Positions 1 through 8,889 of a stretch of 64,000 nt of DNA are shown here, piece by piece. Within the stretch, counting starts at the first letter, position 1. Every line of letters begins with the position of its first letter. Both the position numbers and the translations under genes were made by a program. The DNA is taken from the NCBI GenBank assembly GCA_937146725.1, contig CAKZRU010000156.1:19295-83294 (forward strand), read 5' to 3'. The notes under the pieces are model-generated. The model saw only the letters and a program-made list of their open reading frames with translations. It did not search any database and had not been told where the DNA came from. The stretch comes from an uncultured Myxococcales bacterium. GTDB lineage: Bacteria > Myxococcota_A > Bradymonadia > UBA7976 > VGTA01.

Positions 1-70
1 ATTAAAGTCAAGACTTGAACTGCAATGACTAAGATTTAAAAGCACATGTTTACAAGCGAAATGAGTATGA

Positions 71-2266
71 ATGATCGGTAAGGTCATACAAGGACGTTAT
101 CATTTAGAAAAGCTTCTTGGCGAAGGTGGTTTTGGCGCAGTGTATCAAGCTAAAGACATCAAGCTTGAACGCTTAGTTGCGATAAAACTGCTCAATCAAG
201 GTGCTAAGTCCAATTCAGATCATGCCCAACGCTTTATTACAGAAGCTAAGGTCACCTCACAGCTATCCCATAGAAATATACCGGTTGTTTATGAATATGG
301 CGAAAGCGAAGAAGGTCAACTCTTTATTGTCACAGAGCTTTTTCAAGGATTGTCGCTAGAAGATGTGATTGACACGATTCATTTAAGCCCACGGCAAGCG
401 AGTTGGATCGCCAATGAGGTTAATGAAGCGTTGATTGTTGCCCATAAACGTGGAATTACCCATCGAGATGTTAAGCCTCCGAATATTTACATTCATCAAG
501 GTACAAGTGGGGAAGAAGTTAAGCTCTTAGATTTTGGGATTGCTAAACTCAATAATAACCAAAGCCACACACTAACCGGACAGCTATTTGGTACCCCATA
601 CTTTATGGCACCAGAGCAAATATTAGGTCAGAAGAATATATCTCCGGCAACTGATATGTACAGCTTAGGGGCCGTGCTTTTTTATTGCTTAACTCGAACT
701 GTTCCATATGATGGTGACAGTCAATTTATGATCTTTAATAAGCATGTGAATAGCCCAACTCCTCTTTTGGTGGAACGTCATCCCCTGCTGACTCAAAACA
801 GATTACAAGAGCTCATCAACTTCCTCATGGAAAAAAAGCCGGAGGACCGACCTAAAAGCTCACATGAAGCCCGAGAAATATTTGCTGAAATTGAGTATTT
901 ATGTACTCAAATAGACCCTAATCCTCATTTAAATCCCTTAGCTTTGGCTCAAGCACAGCAACATACTCAAATATCTAAGCCAAACCCATTCAGTGCGGAA
1001 CTACTGCCTCATATAGAAACGCCAATTTCTGAGCAACTCCAAGTCCCACCGCCTTTAGCAATCACTCAGGGTCTTTACAATACACCTATAGACCCTTTGG
1101 ATGAAATCATTACCCTCCCTCCCCTTGATGATCATTGGCGACCCACTGCGCAACTGCATATCAATGACATTATGGATCCTTTGGCTGATGATGATGACAC
1201 CACTGATAATATTTCGACTGCCACTGCCCATAAAACAGAACTCGATCTAAAAGCCATCCACTTGGATACACCGATTTATGGCTCGGAACAAGTCACTCAG
1301 ATTACGGCTACACCTTTAGATCCGATGGACCCAAATCCATCAGAAGGGGCAACGCCCGAAGAGATCGCAAGGTTTAAGCATGGTCTTGAGGATACTACTG
1401 GTGCAATAGATCTACCTAATGATAATCGTAAAGGGATTTCTACAGCTTTTGCAGTACTCATTTTTATTGGCGGTCTTTGGTTTAGCTTATCTTTGTTTGG
1501 TGAAGATGCGGCGACTTCAAAAGTAGACCAAACTGAGCTAAAAAATTCAGCTGGGACTACAAATGTTGATGTAAACTCAAATAATAAAGTATCAAATGAG
1601 CCTTCCCTTCCCTTACCTATACGAGATTCTAATCAGAACTTAGAAACTCAGACCACAAATAAACTTGGCTCCGGAGAAAAAGATGTTCTGACCATTGATG
1701 AGCCCATTTTAGCTTTACCAAGAGCTGAAATAAAGAAGAGTAAGTTGTCAAAACGAAGCCCTCAGGCAAAGAAGACTAAAACAAAGAATCTATCTCATAA
1801 ACGTCACTCAGCTTCAAAAAAACGAACTCAACAGTCCAAAAAGCGACCTTTAAGATCTAAGCAAAAACAAAACAAGACCTACAACAAAGCACGTTACAAG
1901 CCATCACAATCAAAACAAGGTGCGCTGGCCCAAAAAACGACTTCAGGCTCAAGCTCTTCTAAGCTTCAAAATATTAAATCGATTCAGCTTAGAGTGAGCC
2001 CACGAAAAGCAAGCTATTTAACGGGAGATAAAATCAGAGTGACGAGTAAAATACTCTCTGTTAATGGAGAACTTAAAGATCAGCCATTAAACTATATCTT
2101 AAAACCTCTCAAGGGGGGTAAAGATCTCATTTCATCCCGACCTTATTTAACCTTAAAGCAAGGCTCTTGGTCACTGAAAGCGTGTAGTCGTAAACAAGCT
2201 GTGTGTAGCTCTAACATTAAACTCATCGTGTATGATCCGAGCGCACTGATCAACTTAGATGATTAA
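71..2266 (+). CDS. Hanks-type Ser/Thr protein kinase, membrane-anchored, with K/S-rich basic C-terminal region
   Basis: ATG at 71. Kinase subdomains in the translation: G-loop GEGGFGAVY, VAIK lysine, catalytic loop HRDVKPPNI, DFG, activation loop GTPYFMAPE. Hydrophobic helix AFAVLIFIGGLWFSLSLF around aa 455-475. Then KKSKLSKRSPQAKKTKTKNLSHKRH... basic low-complexity segment and a ~100-aa terminal domain. Confidence 0.85.
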   Translation: MIGKVIQGRYHLEKLLGEGGFGAVYQAKDIKLERLVAIKLLNQGAKSNSDHAQRFITEAKVTSQLSHRNIPVVYEYGESEEGQLFIVTELFQGLSLEDVIDTIHLSPRQASWIANEVNEALIVAHKRGITHRDVKPPNIYIHQGTSGEEVKLLDFGIAKLNNNQSHTLTGQLFGTPYFMAPEQILGQKNISPATDMYSLGAVLFYCLTRTVPYDGDSQFMIFNKHVNSPTPLLVERHPLLTQNRLQELINFLMEKKPEDRPKSSHEAREIFAEIEYLCTQIDPNPHLNPLALAQAQQHTQISKPNPFSAELLPHIETPISEQLQVPPPLAITQGLYNTPIDPLDEIITLPPLDDHWRPTAQLHINDIMDPLADDDDTTDNISTATAHKTELDLKAIHLDTPIYGSEQVTQITATPLDPMDPNPSEGATPEEIARFKHGLEDTTGAIDLPNDNRKGISTAFAVLIFIGGLWFSLSLFGEDAATSKVDQTELKNSAGTTNVDVNSNNKVSNEPSLPLPIRDSNQNLETQTTNKLGSGEKDVLTIDEPILALPRAEIKKSKLSKRSPQAKKTKTKNLSHKRHSASKKRTQQSKKRPLRSKQKQNKTYNKARYKPSQSKQGALAQKTTSGSSSSKLQNIKSIQLRVSPRKASYLTGDKIRVTSKILSVNGELKDQPLNYILKPLKGGKDLISSRPYLTLKQGSWSLKACSRKQAVCSSNIKLIVYDPSALINLDD

Positions 2267-2327
2267 GCCATGGTATTGTCTGTAGTTTAACTTAACCACC
2301 GCTCAATAGTCCATCACTCGACTTTGA

Positions 2328-3224
2328 TTATCCTTGCACAGGAACTCTTAAGATTTGGCCAAGTTCAATATGTGAGGATTTCAGACTATTTAAACGCTTG
2401 ATGGCTTTTTCTGAAACTTGCCAGCGTCTCGATAAGCGCCAAATAGAATCACCACGTTTAACACGATAGGTTTTAGCTTTACGAGATGTCCTAGTCTGTC
2501 GAGATTTTTTAAGCTTACGTGTATATTTCTTCGGTCGTTTCTTTAAACGTCTAGAAGCTTTTTTTCTCAACTTTTTGGGGCTAGACGCTTTGAGTTGAGC
2601 GACTTTAGTTCGGCTTAAGCGATTAGGGATAGCCACAAGATGAAAGTGTGGTGGTCGTTTTTCTCGAGTGGCTTCAATCACACCCTGCTTTTCCCAAGAA
2701 AGTAAAGTACTTCTCAACCACTTGCGACACACATAGGGGGGGACCCTTAAATCAGCAGCAATCCCTGCTGGATGAACCGAGCGTTTAGAGCCATTACGTG
2801 GTTGCTCATTAATCGGTCGAGTCAAGCTAGTCACCACTAATCGTGTACGACAGTGTTGGTAATATAAACGAGCTAAGCGATTGAGTAAGGTGTGTAATTT
2901 GGGATGTGCATAAGGATATGAAACATTCGCTAGCTCCAAATAATGATTGGGTCGCACCCGCTTAAGTCGCCCCTGTTTGATTGCTTTGAGAACCTGTCGC
3001 CGAGACTTATAGCGCTTGAGTCCTGCACGACGAGCGGCAATCACCTGCCTATCCACAGAGCTAGAGCTTCCTCTTAAACTTGCTGAGACTTGAGGTCTTT
3101 TGGCAAGGGATACTTGACATGAGGTAATCGTTGTAACCAAAAGCACACCGGTCATTATTATGAATATAGAAGTACAGCTTAACTGCTTAGACCAGCTTTG
3201 TGTGCTCCAGATTCGTGTCCTCAT
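2328..3224 (-). CDS. Secreted LysM-domain protein with LAS/M15-type zinc-peptidase motifs (putative peptidoglycan peptidase)
   Basis: N-terminal hydrophobic signal (IFIIMTGVLLVTTITSC). SVHPAGIAAD matches the S-x-H-x2-G-x-A-x-D (H-x6-D) Zn motif of VanY/M15/LAS peptidases. A downstream HFH (H-x-H) follows. K/R-rich linker. C-terminal LysM (YRVKRGDSIWRLSRRW...LNSL...ELGQILRVP). Confidence 0.6.
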   Translation of the reverse strand: MRTRIWSTQSWSKQLSCTSIFIIMTGVLLVTTITSCQVSLAKRPQVSASLRGSSSSVDRQVIAARRAGLKRYKSRRQVLKAIKQGRLKRVRPNHYLELANVSYPYAHPKLHTLLNRLARLYYQHCRTRLVVTSLTRPINEQPRNGSKRSVHPAGIAADLRVPPYVCRKWLRSTLLSWEKQGVIEATREKRPPHFHLVAIPNRLSRTKVAQLKASSPKKLRKKASRRLKKRPKKYTRKLKKSRQTRTSRKAKTYRVKRGDSIWRLSRRWQVSEKAIKRLNSLKSSHIELGQILRVPVQG

Positions 3225-3358
3225 GTCTTCTACTCCTTTGTTTTAATGCCCTCTCCAAGTTTTGTTATTTGGAGATTTAAACCGTTTAGATCTATCCTAC
3301 ATTATATTACATTGTAAGTATTTATTCAAGACCGGCTTTTAAGTTTCGGTTAAAACAT

Positions 3359-4543
3359 CTATTTATCGATATTTAACGGATTGCTCAGCTGATAAATTAT
3401 CCTTTTTAAAGCCTGCTCAAAGAAATGTGATTGAACAGCAATATTTGCTATTTTCGGTCTAAAATACCTTAGACTTGTTTCAAGGGCATAACGACTTGAG
3501 GGGAGTTTTAACCAACTTTGAGCGACTAAAATAGCCGCCTTTTCAGCTCGTCTTCGCTTAAAAAATAGGTCGAGAAGTTTGCGATAACGTCTTTGGGCTC
3601 GTCTAGAACGTACATTTGGACTTAAGTAGGTCAGTGCCTCAGCAATCAGTAAGTCAGCGCTGATGGTTTGGTCATATTCTTCGAAAATACTTTTAATCCA
3701 ACGCCATAACTCAAGAGATGCACGTTCACTATCCAGACTAGAAATTGCATCTCGGCAAGGAAGATACAGCTCATTTCGCCACCATTCTTTGCCACACCAC
3801 GCAATTAACTTTGAACTTTTTAATGGCGTTGCCGCTCTAATTAAGCTCGCTTTCACAGACAGTGAAGAATTACGCTTCATGGCCTTTTGAATCGCTTTAA
3901 ATCTAATTGGTTCCTGTTTTGAATGTCTTTCGGTTAAGATGTCCCAAGCAGTCGTTTGTACTTCCGAGCTTTCTTGGCTATCTACAAAACGATAAAAAAC
4001 CTCTCCTGTACCTAGAGGCATTAAATGACTGAGGATAATAATCAGTTTAGATTTTTGTAAAGGTTGCTCACTCTGCTCTATCACCTGATTAATTTGTTGG
4101 GTTAAGTCATCAAGTTGAGGAATCGATCTAAACTTCAGTCGTTCAACAATAATGGTCAGCAATTCCGCAGCAATCACTTGTTGCTTAATCTCATGATGCT
4201 GCAACAGGCTCATAACCTCTTGAGTCCAAATATGTATCCCTCTCATACTTAGTTCAGCATGTTTTTTAACTTGCCGTATATCATACGCTAAGTTTTGATA
4301 TGCATTAAGCCATTGCTGACATTGCCAAAGTTGATTCAATTCACAACGTCGATCAATTTCTTTGATCAGGCGTTTAACTTTTGGCTTTTGACTGTGTTCC
4401 AAGCTTAAATGTGGTTTTGACTGATTTGAAACAAGCTTCTGTTTATCAATCGAATGATATACTGCCCGAGAAGATAGCACCTCAGATTCTTGATCGGATG
4501 AACAGGCCATAACAAAAAACAAGCAAACTATATAAATAGTCAT
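3359..4543 (-). CDS. Hypothetical lipoprotein
   Basis: Internal ATG (cat at 4541-4543) gives MTIYIVCLFFVMAC-SSDQ, a typical lipoprotein signal peptide with a lipobox Cys. The ORF-track N-terminal extension to 4693 overlaps the upstream gene and reads through a tandem 15-bp duplication. No recognisable domain. Confidence 0.5.
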   Translation of the reverse strand: MTIYIVCLFFVMACSSDQESEVLSSRAVYHSIDKQKLVSNQSKPHLSLEHSQKPKVKRLIKEIDRRCELNQLWQCQQWLNAYQNLAYDIRQVKKHAELSMRGIHIWTQEVMSLLQHHEIKQQVIAAELLTIIVERLKFRSIPQLDDLTQQINQVIEQSEQPLQKSKLIIILSHLMPLGTGEVFYRFVDSQESSEVQTTAWDILTERHSKQEPIRFKAIQKAMKRNSSLSVKASLIRAATPLKSSKLIAWCGKEWWRNELYLPCRDAISSLDSERASLELWRWIKSIFEEYDQTISADLLIAEALTYLSPNVRSRRAQRRYRKLLDLFFKRRRAEKAAILVAQSWLKLPSSRYALETSLRYFRPKIANIAVQSHFFEQALKRIIYQLSNPLNIDK

Positions 4544-4553
4544 TTGGGCCAAT

Positions 4554-4583
4554 GTTAATTTAGCTAGTGTTAATTTAGCTAGT
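4554..4583. repeat. Perfect tandem duplication of 15 bp (gttaatttagctagt x2) immediately upstream of the lipoprotein start
   Basis: Read directly from the sequence at 4554-4568 and 4569-4583. Confidence 0.9.
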
Positions 4584-4670
4584 TTCAAGCAAGTATACTT
4601 GATTGGATTTGATCGAACTTGGTTCAATAAATGCTCCATTAAAACTCTCTGTTCTTGTATTGCAATGAGC

Positions 4671-6542
4671 TTATGGTCTTCTAAAACGTTCACTTAGGTC
4701 ATGTAGCATAGTCCATGTCGCATCGCGAGTTTCACTCATTAAGGATAAAGACCAGGATTCATCTTGTACATCTGTTTGATTTAGATAAAAATCCCCCAAG
4801 GTCATTCCCACATATCCTTGGCTTAAAGCTTCTTGTACCCATTGACGCCATACATTTATACTTTCTTGGCCTAAACGATTTCGATTTACTCGGCTCAAAT
4901 GAACTACTAAAGGGCGTTGGCTTGGGATATTTACCAGCGCATGCCCTCTGAGCCAAGCTTGTCCAAAACTCAGCCAATCCCGCTGTTGGTTCAGTGTGTT
5001 TAATTGTAAAGATAAAGACTCAAGACTTAAGCCACTAACGATATTTTGAGGACTTGTGCTAGTGTTCGTTCTCATTCGTAAACTCGACCACACGCCACCT
5101 TGGTTTCCGTTCAATAAGTCAGCCAACATCAAAGAATTAATGTGCTGTACGTGCTCTTGATAAGCTGTAGGATTGTAATCAAGTCCAAGTTCTCCACTAA
5201 AAATAAGTTGATTTGGTGCTTGATCGGATATTTCCTGAAAGGCTTCTATTAAAAAGTCACTGAGAACATTTGGTGCTAACGGACTAGGTAAATCCCATCG
5301 GGGTAAGTGAAAGAGTTCCCAAGCCAAAACTGCCGGATCTTCGGATAAAGTGAGTCCTGTACGTGAGTTTTGATGATTGATCACTGTTGAAAGCCATGTA
5401 AAAAAACTGACCTTAGCTTCAGTATTAGTAAACAATAAGTTTTGTTCATCTACAGAAGGATTTTGCAAGCCAGCATCTTCTAAATAAACATCTAAACGAT
5501 CAAGCTCTTGACGTGCATCCGCCAACACTAAAATCACTTTGATTTCGTTTAGTCCCGCTTGCTCTATAAATAAATCCAAAAGATTAACTCGCGTCTCATT
5601 TAAGGAGCCATTACGCTCACGCAAAGCATGCTCTCCTAATGTTCTTCCAATAAATACTCTAAGTACATCAATCGATCTAGTATTCAGCTCGTCAAAGAGA
5701 CTATTCAATGCCGGTATTTGTTCAGTCGGTTCCAAGGCTTCTAACCAAGGCAATACATCAGGAATAGAGATAGAGAAATACTTATAATTCTGTTGATTTA
5801 AATGTAATTGAGTATTTTGCACTTGTACAAACTCATCAACTCTGATCATCCAAGTTTGTAGCAACCGTACTTCGTCTTCTAAGCTTTGAGTATCATATGC
5901 CGTTAAATTGATTTGATAGACACCAACCTGAGGGAAACTAAAACTCTGAGTGAAGCGCCCCTCTGCATCTAAAACCAAATCAATAGAAGCACTTAGATCA
6001 TCCGGGATATGTTCAGTACTATATTCTGAACGCACTTCAAACCTAACGAATGCCCCCTGTGGTGTACCGCCATTCATTGTTTGTATCCGGCCACTTATTG
6101 TTAGCTCTTCTTGTACCTCTAAAAGTTGGGTTTCAAGTGGTAGCTGACTGTCTAATAGCCATGTAACATTCTCGGTAGGCTCTTCACCTGCTTGTTCACC
6201 TGCTTGTTCACCTGCTTGCGCACCTGCTTGCGCACCGGCTTGCGCACCGGCTTGCTCACCTGCTTGCGCACCGGCTTGCGCACCGGCTTGCTCACCTGCT
6301 TGCTCACCTGCTTGTTGAATGGGAATGCACATTTGATCAAAGCAACGTTCTTCTCCAACAATACAATATGATTGACCACACGCTTGTATTTGTCGACGCT
6401 GTACGCACTCACCTATATAGGTTTCCAGATCACAGCTATATCCTTCGCGACAATCATCATCACTTGTACATTGAGCCGTTTGACTACTGTCATCACAGGC
6501 GAATAAAAACGCTAAGGTTATCAAAAAAAAGGACTGTCTCAT
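4671..6542 (-). CDS. Lipoprotein with Cys-rich N-terminal module, (AGEQ/AGAQ)n tandem repeat linker, Ig-like plus TIM-barrel-like (degenerate GH5-like) C-terminal region
   Basis: ATG at 6542 (the track start at 6545 is GTG). Signal peptide MRQSFFLITLAFLFAC-DDSS. About 11 AGEQ/AGAQ repeats. The motif LAWELFHLPRW resembles the GH5 strand-4 'AWELxNEPR' with the NE catalytic pair replaced. Confidence 0.7.
   Translation of the reverse strand: MRQSFFLITLAFLFACDDSSQTAQCTSDDDCREGYSCDLETYIGECVQRRQIQACGQSYCIVGEERCFDQMCIPIQQAGEQAGEQAGAQAGAQAGEQAGAQAGAQAGAQAGEQAGEQAGEEPTENVTWLLDSQLPLETQLLEVQEELTISGRIQTMNGGTPQGAFVRFEVRSEYSTEHIPDDLSASIDLVLDAEGRFTQSFSFPQVGVYQINLTAYDTQSLEDEVRLLQTWMIRVDEFVQVQNTQLHLNQQNYKYFSISIPDVLPWLEALEPTEQIPALNSLFDELNTRSIDVLRVFIGRTLGEHALRERNGSLNETRVNLLDLFIEQAGLNEIKVILVLADARQELDRLDVYLEDAGLQNPSVDEQNLLFTNTEAKVSFFTWLSTVINHQNSRTGLTLSEDPAVLAWELFHLPRWDLPSPLAPNVLSDFLIEAFQEISDQAPNQLIFSGELGLDYNPTAYQEHVQHINSLMLADLLNGNQGGVWSSLRMRTNTSTSPQNIVSGLSLESLSLQLNTLNQQRDWLSFGQAWLRGHALVNIPSQRPLVVHLSRVNRNRLGQESINVWRQWVQEALSQGYVGMTLGDFYLNQTDVQDESWSLSLMSETRDATWTMLHDLSERFRRP
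6183..6316. repeat. About 11 tandem copies of a 12-bp unit (cacctgcttg[tc][tg]c / caccggcttgcg) encoding (AGEQ/AGAQ)n on the minus strand
   Basis: Direct reading. Near-perfect head-to-tail copies, in frame within the 4671..6542 CDS. Confidence 0.95.
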
Positions 6543-6636
6543 CACAAAGCCTGACCCTATCTATCTTGCTTAAAAATATTAATCACTTTAAGTTTAATAA
6601 AGATAAACCTATAGCACTATAAAGTGAGCTCAGAGA

Positions 6637-7737
6637 ATGACTATAAAGCAGAAAAGATTTTTAGAAAAACAAGTTTACTCATTTAATCATCAAACTCAGG
6701 ATAAGTTGGATTTAAACCAAGCCCATCTTCCTAAGAAGCCCACTACCCTAATTACATTATGCTTCTGTCTAATTCTAAGCCTAACATGGAGTGGGTGTAC
6801 GGACGATATACTACCACCAGTGAACCTTGATGGCTTAAGTGTTTTAGAGGAGCCCGATCAAAATACACTCATAGAACCAATGCCTGATATGCGGGTACAA
6901 GATATGATGATGCAGGTGCAAATGCCTATTGATCAAATGGTATTGGATATGGGTGAGATGGATATGGAGGTCGTTGATGGACCAGATGGGGCCTTACCTA
7001 TGGATGGTGAGCGCTGCGACCCTCGCTTGAGAGCTGTTGCATGTGATCCAGGCTTCACCTGCTTACCCATTCCGGGTGGGCGAATTCATCAAGGACGCTG
7101 TGTGGCCAGTGATGAATGTTCTTTAACGGGTGATAGTGGATGCCCAGATACGGCTCCTTATTGCCATCTTCGAGGAGCATCAACCGAATGTACACAAGCG
7201 AGTCAAAGAATGTTGGGAGAAAGCTGTTTAGATGAGTTTAATCGAGCCTTACCTTGTGCTGAGGGCCTAGTATGTAATTATAGCGTGTGCGTTAATCCTT
7301 GTGACCCGATGCTTCCTGCGAATGAGCAATGTGACAACAATCGTCAATGTGTAGATATTAGCGAAAACCTAAATCAAAACGCTGGCTTCTGTGGTGCGAT
7401 AGGTGCTTGTGATCTCTTTAGTAATGCCGGGTGTGAAGTCGGACAACAATGTACCTTTGCCGTTCGCCCCGACGACCAAGAACTCGTCTACTTTTGTACC
7501 TCAGAAGGTCTACTTCAAGAGGGAGAACAGTGCCAACTCAATGGAACGGGTGCCCAAGCCTGTGGAGTTGGACTCATTTGTATCGGCTCTGTTGAAGGCA
7601 ATCCTACATGCAAACGAGTTTGTGACACCGGTGCCTATCAAGGCCCTTGTCCTGATGGTTCTTCGTGTCGAGAAATACTCAGTCAAGGTGGTGGCTTTTA
7701 CATTCGGGGGATTGGCCTTTGTGTGATTAACCCCTAA
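6637..7737 (+). CDS. Secreted Cys-rich repeat protein (putative lipoprotein) with Met/Asp/Gln-rich N-terminal linker
   Basis: ATG at 6637. Hydrophobic segment LITLCFCLILSLTWSGC-TDD (lipobox-like). MPDMRVQDMMMQVQMPIDQMVLDMGEMDMEVVDG linker. About 40 Cys residues in recurring C-x(n)-C modules. Confidence 0.65.
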   Translation: MTIKQKRFLEKQVYSFNHQTQDKLDLNQAHLPKKPTTLITLCFCLILSLTWSGCTDDILPPVNLDGLSVLEEPDQNTLIEPMPDMRVQDMMMQVQMPIDQMVLDMGEMDMEVVDGPDGALPMDGERCDPRLRAVACDPGFTCLPIPGGRIHQGRCVASDECSLTGDSGCPDTAPYCHLRGASTECTQASQRMLGESCLDEFNRALPCAEGLVCNYSVCVNPCDPMLPANEQCDNNRQCVDISENLNQNAGFCGAIGACDLFSNAGCEVGQQCTFAVRPDDQELVYFCTSEGLLQEGEQCQLNGTGAQACGVGLICIGSVEGNPTCKRVCDTGAYQGPCPDGSSCREILSQGGGFYIRGIGLCVINP

Positions 7738-7762
7738 GCAAACACTTTCCCTTATGATTTAT

Positions 7763-8722
7763 CTATCCTTGAAAGATTAAGGGATGCGCTTCCTCGTCAA
7801 TCGCATTCAATTCATGATGTCGAATCTGATGTACAAGCTCAATCGCCGGACGAGCATCTTCAATGCCATAACCACCACCGGCTAAAATATCTTTGTATAC
7901 CTTAGTATGAAGATCATCAAAACCGGTAGAAAAGTCAAAGAAATCATCTCCCATTTTTAGGGCTCGATAAGCATGATTACCTTGGGCAACTGACTCGGCT
8001 GGTAAATCATTTGCATCAATAGAGAGCAACCAACGTACATCAGCATTGGCGAGGGTCAAAACTCCACCTACTTTATTATCTTCCCTAAGATGTACTCGCT
8101 GAGATTTAACCTCTCCAAAAAGCCAAAGTAGCATATCAAAAAAGTGAATCCCTATATTCATGGCAAGGGTGCCTGACTTGTTGGGATTACCCTTCCATGA
8201 TTGGTGATACCATTGACCTCGACGAGTAATGTAGGTGAGCTCAATTTGAGTTCTTTGCTTAGGTTGCTGTGCTTGTTGAATTAGCAACTTTTCTTTTAAA
8301 GCCTTTACTGAGTCATGCAGACGAAGCTGCAAAACGGTGTACACTTTTTGTTGATGCTCTTCTTCAAGCGCACTTAATTGGTCTAAATTCCATGGACTAA
8401 TCACCAAAGGCTTTTCACAGATGGCTGCCGCACCGGAGCGAATCGCTAAGCGACAATGAGCATCATGAAGATAATTTGGAGAACAGATAGAAAGATAATC
8501 AATCTGCTCACTTTGGCCCTGCCGGCGGCAACGTTCAAGATAGCGATCAAAGCGCTCGACCTCGGTAAAGAAACGACAGTCAGGAAAATAACGATCGAGT
8601 ATGCCAACCCCATCATAAGGATCACAGGCTGCCTTCAGTGTGTGACCTAAACTATTGATTGCTTTCATATGTCTAGGTGCAACAAAACCCGAGGCACCAA
8701 GCATTGCAAAGTTCTTCTTCAT
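7763..8722 (-). CDS. Gfo/Idh/MocA-family NAD(P)-dependent oxidoreductase
   Basis: N-terminal Rossmann MLGASGFVAPRHMKAI, and the EKP motif (ICEKPLVISP) typical of the family. ATG at 8722. Confidence 0.85.
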   Translation of the reverse strand: MKKNFAMLGASGFVAPRHMKAINSLGHTLKAACDPYDGVGILDRYFPDCRFFTEVERFDRYLERCRRQGQSEQIDYLSICSPNYLHDAHCRLAIRSGAAAICEKPLVISPWNLDQLSALEEEHQQKVYTVLQLRLHDSVKALKEKLLIQQAQQPKQRTQIELTYITRRGQWYHQSWKGNPNKSGTLAMNIGIHFFDMLLWLFGEVKSQRVHLREDNKVGGVLTLANADVRWLLSIDANDLPAESVAQGNHAYRALKMGDDFFDFSTGFDDLHTKVYKDILAGGGYGIEDARPAIELVHQIRHHELNAIDEEAHPLIFQG

Positions 8723-8889
8723 AATTCATCTCCAAAATCTAAGCCACGAGGATGGCTTGAATTGGGGGATTAAATCAGATTAAATAGCTCAAGTCAAAGT
8801 TATCAAAGCAACCAAGAAACGAATTTATTTTTAATTATATACACTAAAAAACATAGGTTTTATCGCGCCTAGAAAGAGATTAGTGATTC

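Noticed and set aside
6183-6316. Could the tandem arrays be CRISPR arrays?
   Set aside because: Units are 6-18 bp and directly abutting with no spacers. They are in frame inside CDSs. No cas genes are present.
3663-8650. Small ORFs from the track nested inside or antisense to larger genes (3663..3890, 4715..4951, 4759..4977, 5539..5787, 5950..6147, 6152..6412, 6368..6622, 7403..7726, 8456..8650)
   Set aside because: They are fully embedded in or antisense to well-supported longer CDSs. They have no RBS and are low-complexity. 6152..6412 is merely the alternative-frame reading of the AGEQ nucleotide repeat.
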